A DNA stretch of 64,000 bases from a virus: the IMG/VR virus record IMGVR_UViG_3300025133_000023. One strand, written 5' to 3'. The first letter of the stretch is position 1. Each line of letters starts with the position of its first letter. The notes beneath the pieces are model-generated. The model searched no databases and had not been told where the DNA came from. It saw only the letters and a program-made list of their open reading frames with translations. Positions 29,640 to 39,020 of this stretch are shown here, one piece after another. The position numbers and the translations under genes were made by a program.

Positions 29640-31794
29640 TCGGCTCTCCTGCAGGAATCACTTCACATCCGCAAAATGGATGGTGAGGTGGAATTGAATC
29701 AATAGTAACAGTATCAAGACGTAGTGTCAATTTAGAGAGCTCTACACACTCTTGACACGGATCTTGAGAACGAATCTCAAACCTAAGTGTCTCTACACCT
29801 TGAATCTTGTATGCTGCAATTCTACCACGACTGTATGCTGCTTTGCGTTCAGTAATGTAGATTGCATTGATACGATTCATGCTGATGTCCATTGCTGCCA
29901 TGATTTCGCGGTTACTTTCTTCTGGATTAATACGACTAACATGACTTGAGATGTCGAAAGCTAAACGTCTAATTACAGAGTTAACACTACTCTCTACGGA
30001 TCGAAGCTCATCGGTAAACTCGTGTTCCCATCGATTTAATCCAGTAGAAGAAGCTCCATCTCTAAAGCGTGAAATAGCCAAGGTAATAAGTCTGTTGGCT
30101 GTGTCATTCTGCCATGCCTCGATGACCCCTTCAATCCAGCTAATAGGAGAGCCTACAACAATATGGTACTTCACATCCTTAAGAAGACTAGAGAAGGCAT
30201 TAGAGATGAGATGGTCCTTAAAGGCTACCTTGGAGGGGAAACAAAGGGCTTCCTTCTTCTTAGCAGCCGCTGGTGCCCTGGGAAGCTGCGGCTTAGCCTT
30301 GATCTCTCTTTCCTTGTTCTTCTGCCCAGCTTCAATGTCAGACTTCTCAATAGAGGTCATAGGGTTGACAGCAGCAGCACTAGCCATTGGGCTCGTTGCC
30401 ATGCTTGCTTGCTTTAACATCTCTAAGGGTTCTACATGTAGCTTAGCGAAGCTTAGTTCTCGTCGTTCGTCGTCAACTTCGAGTGCGTCAAATCCAACCA
30501 TTTCACGAGCTTCATTCTCCATGATAAGGTGTTTGGTGAAGATATCTGCTGCGTGCTCTTCCATTTTGATCTTCTTGTCGATGTCAATTTCTTTGAACAC
30601 GAGTGAAGCATCATTGCCAGCCGCCAACGGATCATAGTCAAACTTACCCTCTGCAAGAAGCTCATCTAGAATAAGGAACTTGAACTGACAAGCGAAGTCA
30701 TTCTGAACAGCCTTTACTGTATCGATTAACTGAATAGACAGCTGCGCTGCAGTTGCCTTGTTTGCAGTAGCTCCCTCACCAAAGTCAACAGCACTCATTC
30801 CAAGTCCAGCAAACACACGAAGCTTGAAGTGGGTAAGGTAGTTTTCTGCTCTAAGAGCTCTACCTTCACTGCCAATCAGTTCAATCTCGTGTCTCTCTGG
30901 AGTAACCAGTACACCCTCTGGGGGCATGTAACTAATCTCAGAACGGACCACGTCAATCTCTGTAGAGCCATCTGGATATACTTGAGCCGGCCTGTCGGGA
31001 GTTCCTACCTTGTACTGGAATAGAGGGAATAGGTTTTGGTAGATAAGGAGGTCGATGTTTTCTTCAATACGACGTAAAGTCCGGATGTCATCGATGACAG
31101 GAGTTACCGTAGGAGTGCCTACGGCCCAACCGGCTTTCTTGTTAATGTAGAAATGAACGATATCGTTCTTAGGCCAAGTCTTCTTTCGACCGTCTTCCAT
31201 TCGCTGCTGCACATGAGTAATGTGCCCCATGTTGTTTCTCTTAAACTCAATGGTCTCCATGGGAACATGGAAGTATGCAGCAACTGGCTCAACAATAGTA
31301 AAGGTTCCATTAGCCTTGAAGACTCTTCTAGGGAATCCACCAGAGGCTTTACGGTCTCTAGACTTAACCAGAATAGCATTGCTAAATCGGTTAAGGTCTC
31401 GACCAATATCTTTCTTGAGGTGAGCCCAGGGTTTTCCTTGCGCCCGTTGGGTCTGAGCTAGGCGTTTGTCAACATAGGTTTGGGTATCGGGGTTAATAGA
31501 GACAACCTTATACCCCTCCTTAAACATAAGATTAGTCTTCTTCTCGACAGCACGGGCGAAGTATCCCTCTGCGTCTTCTGCAGACAAGATTTCATCAAAG
31601 TCATACTCTGCTGGCTCAAAACTAGATCTGGATGATCCATCCTTATAGGCAAAGACTCGATTCCTTTGAAGAGGAATCTTTGCAATACGATTAGGAACAT
31701 CAGGATTTGTTTCAGCTCTGTCTAGACTAAGAAGCCTTTCAGATACTGTTCGAGTCCCGTTACGGTCTACTTGAATGTGTCTAATTTTTGCCAT
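29632..31794 (-). CDS. Portal protein with C-terminal MuF-like domain
   Basis: Portal-like core (IVHFYINK...VGTPTVTPVIDDIRTLRRIEE, LVTPERHEI); C-terminal ITERKAAY...CQEC...IPPHHPFCGC matches the MuF PPxHPxCRC motif. Confidence 0.8.
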   Translation of the reverse strand: MAKIRHIQVDRNGTRTVSERLLSLDRAETNPDVPNRIAKIPLQRNRVFAYKDGSSRSSFEPAEYDFDEILSAEDAEGYFARAVEKKTNLMFKEGYKVVSINPDTQTYVDKRLAQTQRAQGKPWAHLKKDIGRDLNRFSNAILVKSRDRKASGGFPRRVFKANGTFTIVEPVAAYFHVPMETIEFKRNNMGHITHVQQRMEDGRKKTWPKNDIVHFYINKKAGWAVGTPTVTPVIDDIRTLRRIEENIDLLIYQNLFPLFQYKVGTPDRPAQVYPDGSTEIDVVRSEISYMPPEGVLVTPERHEIELIGSEGRALRAENYLTHFKLRVFAGLGMSAVDFGEGATANKATAAQLSIQLIDTVKAVQNDFACQFKFLILDELLAEGKFDYDPLAAGNDASLVFKEIDIDKKIKMEEHAADIFTKHLIMENEAREMVGFDALEVDDERRELSFAKLHVEPLEMLKQASMATSPMASAAAVNPMTSIEKSDIEAGQKNKEREIKAKPQLPRAPAAAKKKEALCFPSKVAFKDHLISNAFSSLLKDVKYHIVVGSPISWIEGVIEAWQNDTANRLITLAISRFRDGASSTGLNRWEHEFTDELRSVESSVNSVIRRLAFDISSHVSRINPEESNREIMAAMDISMNRINAIYITERKAAYSRGRIAAYKIQGVETLRFEIRSQDPCQECVELSKLTLRLDTVTIDSIPPHHPFCGCEVIPAGEPNV

Positions 31795-31797
31795 AGG

Positions 31798-33309
31798 TTA
31801 TACGCTAGAAGCTTCAAGCTCTTCAATCCAAGAGGCGACCTCTGTCTGAAGGCTATCGGGTACAGAGCCAATACATGTAGGAATAGTGTATGTCTGATTA
31901 AGGACAGGGTCATTCACAACTAGGGCACCAGCTTCATTAATGTTAACGCTGAATACGTCGGGAATATCACCGACTTCAATGTCAGGAATTTCTTCAAGTA
32001 CGGCAATCACATCTTCAGGAGATAAAGGCACCGTAGGGTCAGTACAAATCTCTTTATTCTGTAAGACCCTAATCATCGCTTCAATGAACACGATAAGACG
32101 AATGACTTCCGCAATCTGCAAAACTAAGTTCATTTTATCAGTCATTGCCTTCGTTAGCATCCCAATGATTGCTTGGCAACTTTTCTTCCAAATATCTGTG
32201 AGCTTTTTAATCTTTTGCTCAACACCCTTAAGCTGAGACAGCATTGTATCGAATGAGCTTAGGTCACCAATAGCATACTCTCGATTAATGTTTGACTCAA
32301 ACCAGTCAGCAGCAATACGGGTAGCCTTAGCAGCCTTCTTTTCTGCATCGCTAACTGTGTTGCCAGCCTTATTGGCGGCTTGATTAGCTTTAGGTGTGGC
32401 TCCATCAATCTTCTTGATGTTCTTATCGAGGACTTCAGGGGTATCCTTTCCAGCTAATGCAAGTGACTGAGCAGCTGTACTTCTTACTGCATCTCCGGCT
32501 TCTGCTTCATCGTTTTGATTTACAGGAATGAGGGTTCCCTTACTGAATCCATAATCTCCAGCCCCCATGGCGGGAGCTACATCAATCCCCAATGACATAT
32601 CCTTAAAGGCGTCAAGGAACTGAAAGGCACATTCAAGTGGACCCAAAGCGATTGACCCAATTGCATCAAAGGAAATATAGGATAGAAGAAACATGGGAAA
32701 TAACAACAACCCTACAAGGGCCATCATATCAACCTCAAACTTAAGGCTTTTGATAATTATCTGGACAATCTGAAAACGCAAAGCGGCTAACATTAAGAGA
32801 AGGTCTTGCGGACAGAAGAACCTCATGGCATCTACCATCATACAAAGCTCTTCCATGAACTTAGTCTTGTCCATAAGCTTGCTCATCTTGAGGATGAATG
32901 ATTCAATAGCAGCAATAAGATCGTCAAACAGACTAAGGAAGCCGGGTTTGGGAAGGTTCTCTGAACAGAAGACTGTTCTCAGATCACAGCTCTCAAAACT
33001 AGGTAGCTTTGCATTAAAGCCGAAACAGTCAGAGAAGGGATTGTTGGGGATAAGGTCTGTATCGATAGTTATCTCAGGAGTCTTAAATCCTGTAAAGGTT
33101 GTCCCTGCATCCTTCATAGCTTGAGCAGCCTCGTGCTGCTCTTGAACATCCCCAAAAACAGAAGCGAGCACAGACGTCTCATCTTCTCTTCCACGAGCCG
33201 ATGCCTCATAGGCTTCTATAATTTGAAAGACATCAATCGAGGCAAAGGGAGCCTCCAGAATGAGGTCATCCTCTCTTTGTAGAAATTCTTCAATTGGGTT
33301 TGTGGGCAT
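31798..33309 (-). CDS. Hypothetical protein, 503 aa
   Basis: Long ORF coupled by a TAATG overlap; helical and hydrophobic segments. Confidence 0.65.
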   Translation of the reverse strand: MPTNPIEEFLQREDDLILEAPFASIDVFQIIEAYEASARGREDETSVLASVFGDVQEQHEAAQAMKDAGTTFTGFKTPEITIDTDLIPNNPFSDCFGFNAKLPSFESCDLRTVFCSENLPKPGFLSLFDDLIAAIESFILKMSKLMDKTKFMEELCMMVDAMRFFCPQDLLLMLAALRFQIVQIIIKSLKFEVDMMALVGLLLFPMFLLSYISFDAIGSIALGPLECAFQFLDAFKDMSLGIDVAPAMGAGDYGFSKGTLIPVNQNDEAEAGDAVRSTAAQSLALAGKDTPEVLDKNIKKIDGATPKANQAANKAGNTVSDAEKKAAKATRIAADWFESNINREYAIGDLSSFDTMLSQLKGVEQKIKKLTDIWKKSCQAIIGMLTKAMTDKMNLVLQIAEVIRLIVFIEAMIRVLQNKEICTDPTVPLSPEDVIAVLEEIPDIEVGDIPDVFSVNINEAGALVVNDPVLNQTYTIPTCIGSVPDSLQTEVASWIEELEASSV

Positions 33310-33647
33310 TACTCTTCCTCGGGGGTCTCTTCTTCGGAAGCTTCATCGTCATCATCGTCAATCTCAACTAGGTCTTTGAATAGTTTAGTCCCATCCTTTC
33401 CAGTCTCAACGACATCCTTATAGAGAAGAGCTTTCGTCATAGCCTTGGCCCCGCTAAGAGTAAGGCGACCAACAGGAGCACCACCGGTAAAGCCGGATAG
33501 AAGATCTAGAACACGCTGAAGAAGATCAAGGATGTCTTGCATGTCTTCCTTAGCAACAAAGTCTCGGCCTATTTTGGGGAACATTCTTTCGTACTGCTCC
33601 TCAAGCCCCTTCTTCTGCTGTCCACCCTGGTCTGGGGATCTTAACAT
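33309..33647 (-). CDS. Hypothetical protein, 112 aa
   Basis: ORF track; acidic tail. Confidence 0.55.
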   Translation of the reverse strand: MLRSPDQGGQQKKGLEEQYERMFPKIGRDFVAKEDMQDILDLLQRVLDLLSGFTGGAPVGRLTLSGAKAMTKALLYKDVVETGKDGTKLFKDLVEIDDDDDEASEEETPEEE

Positions 33648-33651
33648 AGAC

Positions 33652-34248
33652 TTACTCCTCTTCCTTCTTCTTAAGTTTTGGGCATGGTGGCTCGCCCATC
33701 TCTTTCTTAAGGGTGGCTTCTAGCTCTTGTTTGCGAAGCTTTTGCCTTAAGTCGAGGGCTTGCTTATACATATCAAAAGTGATGATGTTTGTTTTCTTTC
33801 CATAGAGTCGAGCAATAGCTCTGCGAAGATTAACGTTCTTCTTAGTGTCAACACGAACATCAACCCCACCCGCAGCTCGGACCTTTTTGTCGATAATAGA
33901 CCCTAGCTTATTTAAGGTTGCCTGAAGCTCAGTTGCCTTATCAATGCGAGCCCCCAGCTCTTTGCGGGTATCTTCTAAGTCCATATCTGTAATGTGGAGC
34001 TTAGAGTCATCAATGAATGAAAGTCCAGTTTCAGCATCCGTTACTCTAAAGGGACTGTCTGGGCCTAGAACGTCCGAGACAAGGAGCTTGTCTGGGGTAA
34101 TAGGGTTGCCCTCACCATCCACACCAACCCCAACCTCAAGGCCATTCTTGTCTATGGCTGTTCTTGACGATTTAGGAAGAGGTGTATCTTCTACTATACG
34201 AGAAATCTTCTGAAGGATCTCAAGTCCTTTGAGGGGATCAGAGGGCAT
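33652..34248 (-). CDS. Hypothetical protein, 198 aa
   Basis: ORF track; operon context. Confidence 0.6.
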   Translation of the reverse strand: MPSDPLKGLEILQKISRIVEDTPLPKSSRTAIDKNGLEVGVGVDGEGNPITPDKLLVSDVLGPDSPFRVTDAETGLSFIDDSKLHITDMDLEDTRKELGARIDKATELQATLNKLGSIIDKKVRAAGGVDVRVDTKKNVNLRRAIARLYGKKTNIITFDMYKQALDLRQKLRKQELEATLKKEMGEPPCPKLKKKEEE

Positions 34249-34251
34249 CTA

Positions 34252-34698
34252 TTATGTTCCTATGAGTCGCTGGCTACCAGATACAATCAGAGAGATATCG
34301 GCCTTAACCAGAGCTGGGGTAAGTCCAGGGACAACAACCCTTATATAAAAGGGGTAGTAGCCTGAGACATCTGCTAGAGCGGTATCTCCAATAGTTCCAA
34401 CATTAGCGATGTTATTCCAAGCAATAGCGTCCCACTCTCTCTTGGTAGGACGCCTACTCCCTGCACTGACCTTAACCCCCCAGCCACTACCCCCCGGGCC
34501 TAGAAGGTCATTGCCTGTTGAGGGGTCACTGTCTTGAAACTGAACGGTAAGATCCTCATAGTAATGATTGGGATCATCGTTACGAAGATAGAGCAAAGTA
34601 TCTACTGCCTCACCTAGGGTACCGTTATGACTAGTCACAATGGTATTAGCAAAATCAGCGATCTTGATCTTTAAAGAGTCATAAATAGCTAAGGACAT
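34252..34698 (-). CDS. Hypothetical beta-rich virion protein, 148 aa
   Basis: ORF track; TAATG coupling. Confidence 0.6.
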   Translation of the reverse strand: MSLAIYDSLKIKIADFANTIVTSHNGTLGEAVDTLLYLRNDDPNHYYEDLTVQFQDSDPSTGNDLLGPGGSGWGVKVSAGSRRPTKREWDAIAWNNIANVGTIGDTALADVSGYYPFYIRVVVPGLTPALVKADISLIVSGSQRLIGT

Positions 34699-35204
34699 TA
34701 TCGGTTTCTTCCTGTCTCACCATGGTGGAACTGGGTATAGTGTTTCTTCCTACGACTACCGCCGCGCATAAAGCCAAAGGCTCCATAGGCTCCAACAAGA
34801 GCAGCTGCGTTTCGTCTAGGATTTTGAAATAGTTGACGGTTGCTGATTTGAGAAGTAATCGAGGCACGACTAGCTTGGTCGCTGGAGGGGATAAGCATTC
34901 TGGATTTCTTGAGTCCTCGAACGTTTCGCCTCATGGCTAGGCCTCCTATTCCGGCAGCGGCACCCCAGAAGGCTCCACCAGTAACGCCCGGGACAAGCCG
35001 TCTATCTCTGTCAACAACAGCAGTACCTCCACCAATAGCAGCGCCAACTCCAGCACCAGCTAAGGCATGAAGCATGGCCACTCTAGTATCGACATTAAGA
35101 CTTCTGGCTCCTCTAATAAGGCCAGCACCTAGATTGGGTGTATTCTTAAGGTGACTCAAGGCTATTTCTGAGGCCTTCTTTACTCCTGCACCGATTCCGA
35201 GCAT
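34698..35204 (-). CDS. Gly-rich basic membrane-active protein (possible internal/ejection protein)
   Basis: GxxxG-rich hydrophobic stretches (ALAGAGVGAAIGGG; GAFWGAAAGIGG). Confidence 0.5.
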   Translation of the reverse strand: MLGIGAGVKKASEIALSHLKNTPNLGAGLIRGARSLNVDTRVAMLHALAGAGVGAAIGGGTAVVDRDRRLVPGVTGGAFWGAAAGIGGLAMRRNVRGLKKSRMLIPSSDQASRASITSQISNRQLFQNPRRNAAALVGAYGAFGFMRGGSRRKKHYTQFHHGETGRNR

Positions 35205-37660
35205 TAGACTTTCCTCCTAGTGGGTTTGGAGCTGCTACGTTTCATTACTCGCGCTCCTGCACGAGAGAACCTTTGCTGAAGCTTAAACTTCCATTCGGTA
35301 TCATTCTCAATGCCTGGACGGAGAGTCGTCACCTTACCGGTAACGGACTCACGAGGTTTCTTTTCAATAGCCCTGGATCTACTTCTAACTTCTCCTGAGC
35401 GCTCAAGAACCTTCTCCGCTTCTACCATCTTAAGGTATTCGGGGTCATAACGCACGGCCAACCCACTATACCCTACAGCAGGGTTCCCGTCTGGCTGAAG
35501 GGGAACGTTTTGTCTAACCTCAGTTAGGATTCTGTCCCCTTGCTTTACTGTTCTAGTGTTGTGGTTTGAGCCAAACCCTTGAAGCTTGGCAATATTATTT
35601 GCAGCAGGCGCATTCATAGCAAAGGATGTTCGCTCAAGCTTGTACGCAACTAGAGCCAGGTTGAGAGCATCAACACGGTGATCTCCAATCTTCTTATCGT
35701 TCTGTCCGTAGCGAGGAATACCGGTGATTGACACGTTCTCCTTGATGTAGTTGAGGAGTTGGTTGTGCAAAGTCTTGTCTGTGAAGGGGAAGAAGATCAG
35801 ACCGTTTTCGAACTGTCTAATAGAATTCTCTACAAGGAAGGGCTTAGCGAGCGCCTTCTTCATTGTTCCCGTGTTGGGGTCTCTGAACTCAATCTTCTTA
35901 GAGAAGTCATAAGAGACAAGCTTATCTTCGATGTGTGCATCTGGACTGTTGGGATGAGTAACTTTAGCGTGCCTTGATGCGGCTTGCATATGTTCAATCT
36001 GCCCAACACCGTAACCAGCATCAACATAGATGAACTGTGGATTCCAGTGCTTGTGAAGTTCGAAGATTCTCTGCTCTGCCTTGATCATCATCCAGTTCTG
36101 CTTAGGGATGTTGATAGCATCAACGACAAAAACTCTCCCCACTTCATCCATACCGGTTACTACAATCTCTGTACCGGCATTGGAGTTCCAGTCAACCCCA
36201 ATACTATATACCCATCTAGGCATAGGGCGACTAAGGTCAAGGGGCTTTCCATTCCATAGGAAGTTTGATTCACCATAGCCATAATTTACCTCTGCATTCC
36301 CCACATACTGAGGCTGATACACACCCATCATCTGAGCAATAAAGTCACCCATGTACTCTTGCATGAAAGCATCGTGAGTCATGTCGATGGTGTTCTTAAT
36401 ATCATCCCAGTTATCTAGAACGGTAGAGGGGAAGTAAAACTCCTTGGTGTGGGGAGATTCTTTACACTCCTTATAGAACCACTCTCTCTTACCGCTGGGG
36501 GTTGAGGATGACCACATCTTTACATGTGGGTAGGTTAGGAGGATAGGCTCAATGGCCTTCCTAAGGTCGTTGGTTGGGATGTAGTCGACTTCGTCTGCGT
36601 AGATGAGGTCCGAGGACTGACCACGGACCGTGGAGGCTTCCTGCTTCGACTGAGCGCCTGTGGTGAAACCCTTAACAACAGCAGTCTTCCCACCACCTAA
36701 ATCAATCTCCAGTCTGTGGTAGGGAGTCTTGACATGCCTGGACTTCATCGCAAATAGATCATCATTACGCTGTAGTAGCTCGATGAGGTTATCAAAGATA
36801 AGTTCAATCTGAGACAAGAACGGACTAAGGATTAGAACGCTTCCGCCCCGATACTTCTTATCTCCCTGAGCATCTGTTCCGTCAGGGAACTGTACATTGA
36901 ATAAGAAGTTGAGCATGTTCATTGCCATGCCATATGTCTTGCCGGAACGTCGTCCCCATCTGAGGACCTTGTACTTGGCAGAGCATCGGTTAGATACTTC
37001 CTGGTGTGGCCTGAGCGTACGGGCTAAGAATTTCTGAGCCCACATGCTGGGGTCCATAGACGCAATAGCAAATTTCTTCTGCTCGTCGGTAAGGACATCG
37101 TCATAGTCAGGAGGTAGCCGATATTCCTTAGGAATGAAGTCACACTGAATCATGAAGCCCGTAAGGTCACTTTTCTTTACCCAACCCTTGGCGTGCTTGG
37201 TAATGACGGTGAATTCACTTTCACACTCATCACACTTACGCTCCGTAAAGGAACGCTGGCTCATTGAAGCAAGCTTCTTATGTTCCTTGGGGTGACGCAT
37301 GCAGGTCGCAATGTACCTACTTACGCTAACATTAAAGAGCTCACCCTTACGTTCGATAATGTCTACGTGCTGGTGCTTCTTTAGGGGGAGGGTTTTCTTT
37401 GTGAGGGCCTTGTCTCTATACAGGAAGGACTGAGAGTTCTTGATCTTCCATGTCGTTCGACTAGGGTACTTTTCAAGCTGACCGATTTGACACCCCAAAC
37501 AAGCATTGTGGCAGTCGGTATTGATATTGTACATCTCTGCATAGTCGGCTACTAGCTCCTGAGGAACAGGTCTGTAGTAGTCGATATAGGTGATTTCTCT
37601 ACCTTCAACATCTGTGTAGCCATTGCCTACAAGAATATTATCGAAAAGTGGATGTGGCAT
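35204..37660 (-). CDS. terL: Terminase large subunit
   Basis: Walker A WGRRSGKT, Walker B LIYADEVD, motif SSTPSG, nuclease IGVDWN. The start is moved from 37741 to 37660 because of the TAATG overlap with the upstream gene. Confidence 0.93.
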   Translation of the reverse strand: MPHPLFDNILVGNGYTDVEGREITYIDYYRPVPQELVADYAEMYNINTDCHNACLGCQIGQLEKYPSRTTWKIKNSQSFLYRDKALTKKTLPLKKHQHVDIIERKGELFNVSVSRYIATCMRHPKEHKKLASMSQRSFTERKCDECESEFTVITKHAKGWVKKSDLTGFMIQCDFIPKEYRLPPDYDDVLTDEQKKFAIASMDPSMWAQKFLARTLRPHQEVSNRCSAKYKVLRWGRRSGKTYGMAMNMLNFLFNVQFPDGTDAQGDKKYRGGSVLILSPFLSQIELIFDNLIELLQRNDDLFAMKSRHVKTPYHRLEIDLGGGKTAVVKGFTTGAQSKQEASTVRGQSSDLIYADEVDYIPTNDLRKAIEPILLTYPHVKMWSSSTPSGKREWFYKECKESPHTKEFYFPSTVLDNWDDIKNTIDMTHDAFMQEYMGDFIAQMMGVYQPQYVGNAEVNYGYGESNFLWNGKPLDLSRPMPRWVYSIGVDWNSNAGTEIVVTGMDEVGRVFVVDAINIPKQNWMMIKAEQRIFELHKHWNPQFIYVDAGYGVGQIEHMQAASRHAKVTHPNSPDAHIEDKLVSYDFSKKIEFRDPNTGTMKKALAKPFLVENSIRQFENGLIFFPFTDKTLHNQLLNYIKENVSITGIPRYGQNDKKIGDHRVDALNLALVAYKLERTSFAMNAPAANNIAKLQGFGSNHNTRTVKQGDRILTEVRQNVPLQPDGNPAVGYSGLAVRYDPEYLKMVEAEKVLERSGEVRSRSRAIEKKPRESVTGKVTTLRPGIENDTEWKFKLQQRFSRAGARVMKRSSSKPTRRKV

Positions 37661-38046
37661 TAAATGATGATTCCATCTAGGAGCGTTGTCGACTTTGTTG
37701 TGACGATATCTGTGCTTAGGCCTGATCTGATAGAGTTCCACTCAGAAATAGGGACCTGTTCATACTGACTATACTTACCAAAGGGAAGGAGAAAGACAAG
37801 ATCAATAATAGCAATCATGATCTGGCTACCAAGAAGGCCAACAATAGACAAAGTAATCTTCGCGTCTTCCTTTTTCCTAATTCCTGGCCTTGCTCCGGAG
37901 CGGGAGAGAAAACCTTTATTATCCCAAAGGATGAAGTCTACACTGTCAAACAAGTTAAAGACACTGGTAAAGGTAGTGATATGAGAAGCGTCGAACCTTC
38001 CCTCAATCATATGTCGAGTAATAATAGGGGCTGAAGTAACGGGCAT
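37660..38046 (-). CDS. Hypothetical protein, 128 aa
   Basis: TAATG-coupled on both sides. Confidence 0.55.
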   Translation of the reverse strand: MPVTSAPIITRHMIEGRFDASHITTFTSVFNLFDSVDFILWDNKGFLSRSGARPGIRKKEDAKITLSIVGLLGSQIMIAIIDLVFLLPFGKYSQYEQVPISEWNSIRSGLSTDIVTTKSTTLLDGIII

Positions 38047-39020
38047 TAGAATCCTCTCCTGTGCATGTACTGCGCCTCGTTGCCTAAGGCAGATCTAGCA
38101 TTAAGATGAGAGCGCTGAATGGCCTGTACAGACATTTGCCTAGAGGTAAAGGCCCCTTTGGTGGAGAAGGCGGCTAGTGAGCTTGAAGTATTAATCCCAA
38201 GGCTTCTGTGCCCTGCATCAATATCCCTACTGGCACGACCCGTAGCAGCTGTTACATGCCCAATGCCTGCCATGACTGGAAGCATAGCTAGTGTCTGCAT
38301 AGCAAAGGCTCTCGATCCAAGGAGAGCAGCTCTAGTCAAAGGACCCGCCGATCCGGCCGTGTAGCCTAGAGCAGCACTGCCAGCCTTGGTTGCCCAACCA
38401 GCCTTAGCGCTAGCCGCACCGCCAGGTATATGCCTAGCTCTAGCACCAGCACTAGCACTACCTTTAGCCCAGCTAGCCTTTGCTTTAGTCATCCCTCTGG
38501 TGTGCCCTAACTTCATCATAGTTCCAGCACCTGAGCCCTTAAAAGTTCTTCCTACCCCAGAGAATGCAGCAGAGAAGCCAACACTCATAGCTCCCCACTC
38601 TAGGCCTCCGCCAATAGCACCACCGATTCCTCCCTCATTATATCCTGACTTAATGGAATGGCCCATAAATAGCCAGGACACAGCCGGAAGAGCCCTAAGC
38701 CCAAACCTTCCAGCTCCCTTGCCTAGAGCACTAGCCATTCCCCGTTTAGTGGTTGCTGCACCCCAGCCTTGCTTGAGCTTGCTAAGGTCCATAGCCCAGC
38801 CTCTTCTTCCACCGAAGAACTCCCACCCTCTGCCAGTTTTGCTGAAACCATACTCAGCAGCAATACCATGCCCAACGGCACGGGCAAACCCACCTGGGGT
38901 TTTGCTATAGAACTTTTCGCGATGAAGTAGCTTTTCTTTAAGCTCACTTCTAGTGGGGCTACTCTTGCGCCCTGAATACAGCTCAAACTTTTCAGCAGGT
39001 CGGGGAGCTATATTAAACAT
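38046..39020 (-). CDS. Gly/Ala-rich basic protein (possible internal/ejection protein)
   Basis: Hydrophobic GxxxG segments; C-terminus RQMSVQAIQRSHLNARSALGNEAQYMH. Confidence 0.55.
   Translation of the reverse strand: MFNIAPRPAEKFELYSGRKSSPTRSELKEKLLHREKFYSKTPGGFARAVGHGIAAEYGFSKTGRGWEFFGGRRGWAMDLSKLKQGWGAATTKRGMASALGKGAGRFGLRALPAVSWLFMGHSIKSGYNEGGIGGAIGGGLEWGAMSVGFSAAFSGVGRTFKGSGAGTMMKLGHTRGMTKAKASWAKGSASAGARARHIPGGAASAKAGWATKAGSAALGYTAGSAGPLTRAALLGSRAFAMQTLAMLPVMAGIGHVTAATGRASRDIDAGHRSLGINTSSSLAAFSTKGAFTSRQMSVQAIQRSHLNARSALGNEAQYMHRRGF

Noticed and set aside
35204-37741. Intein in the oversized TerL, and the 37741 start
   Set aside because: No C...HN splice termini or LAGLIDADG block; the extra length is an N-terminal extension, and the TAATG overlap favours 37660.
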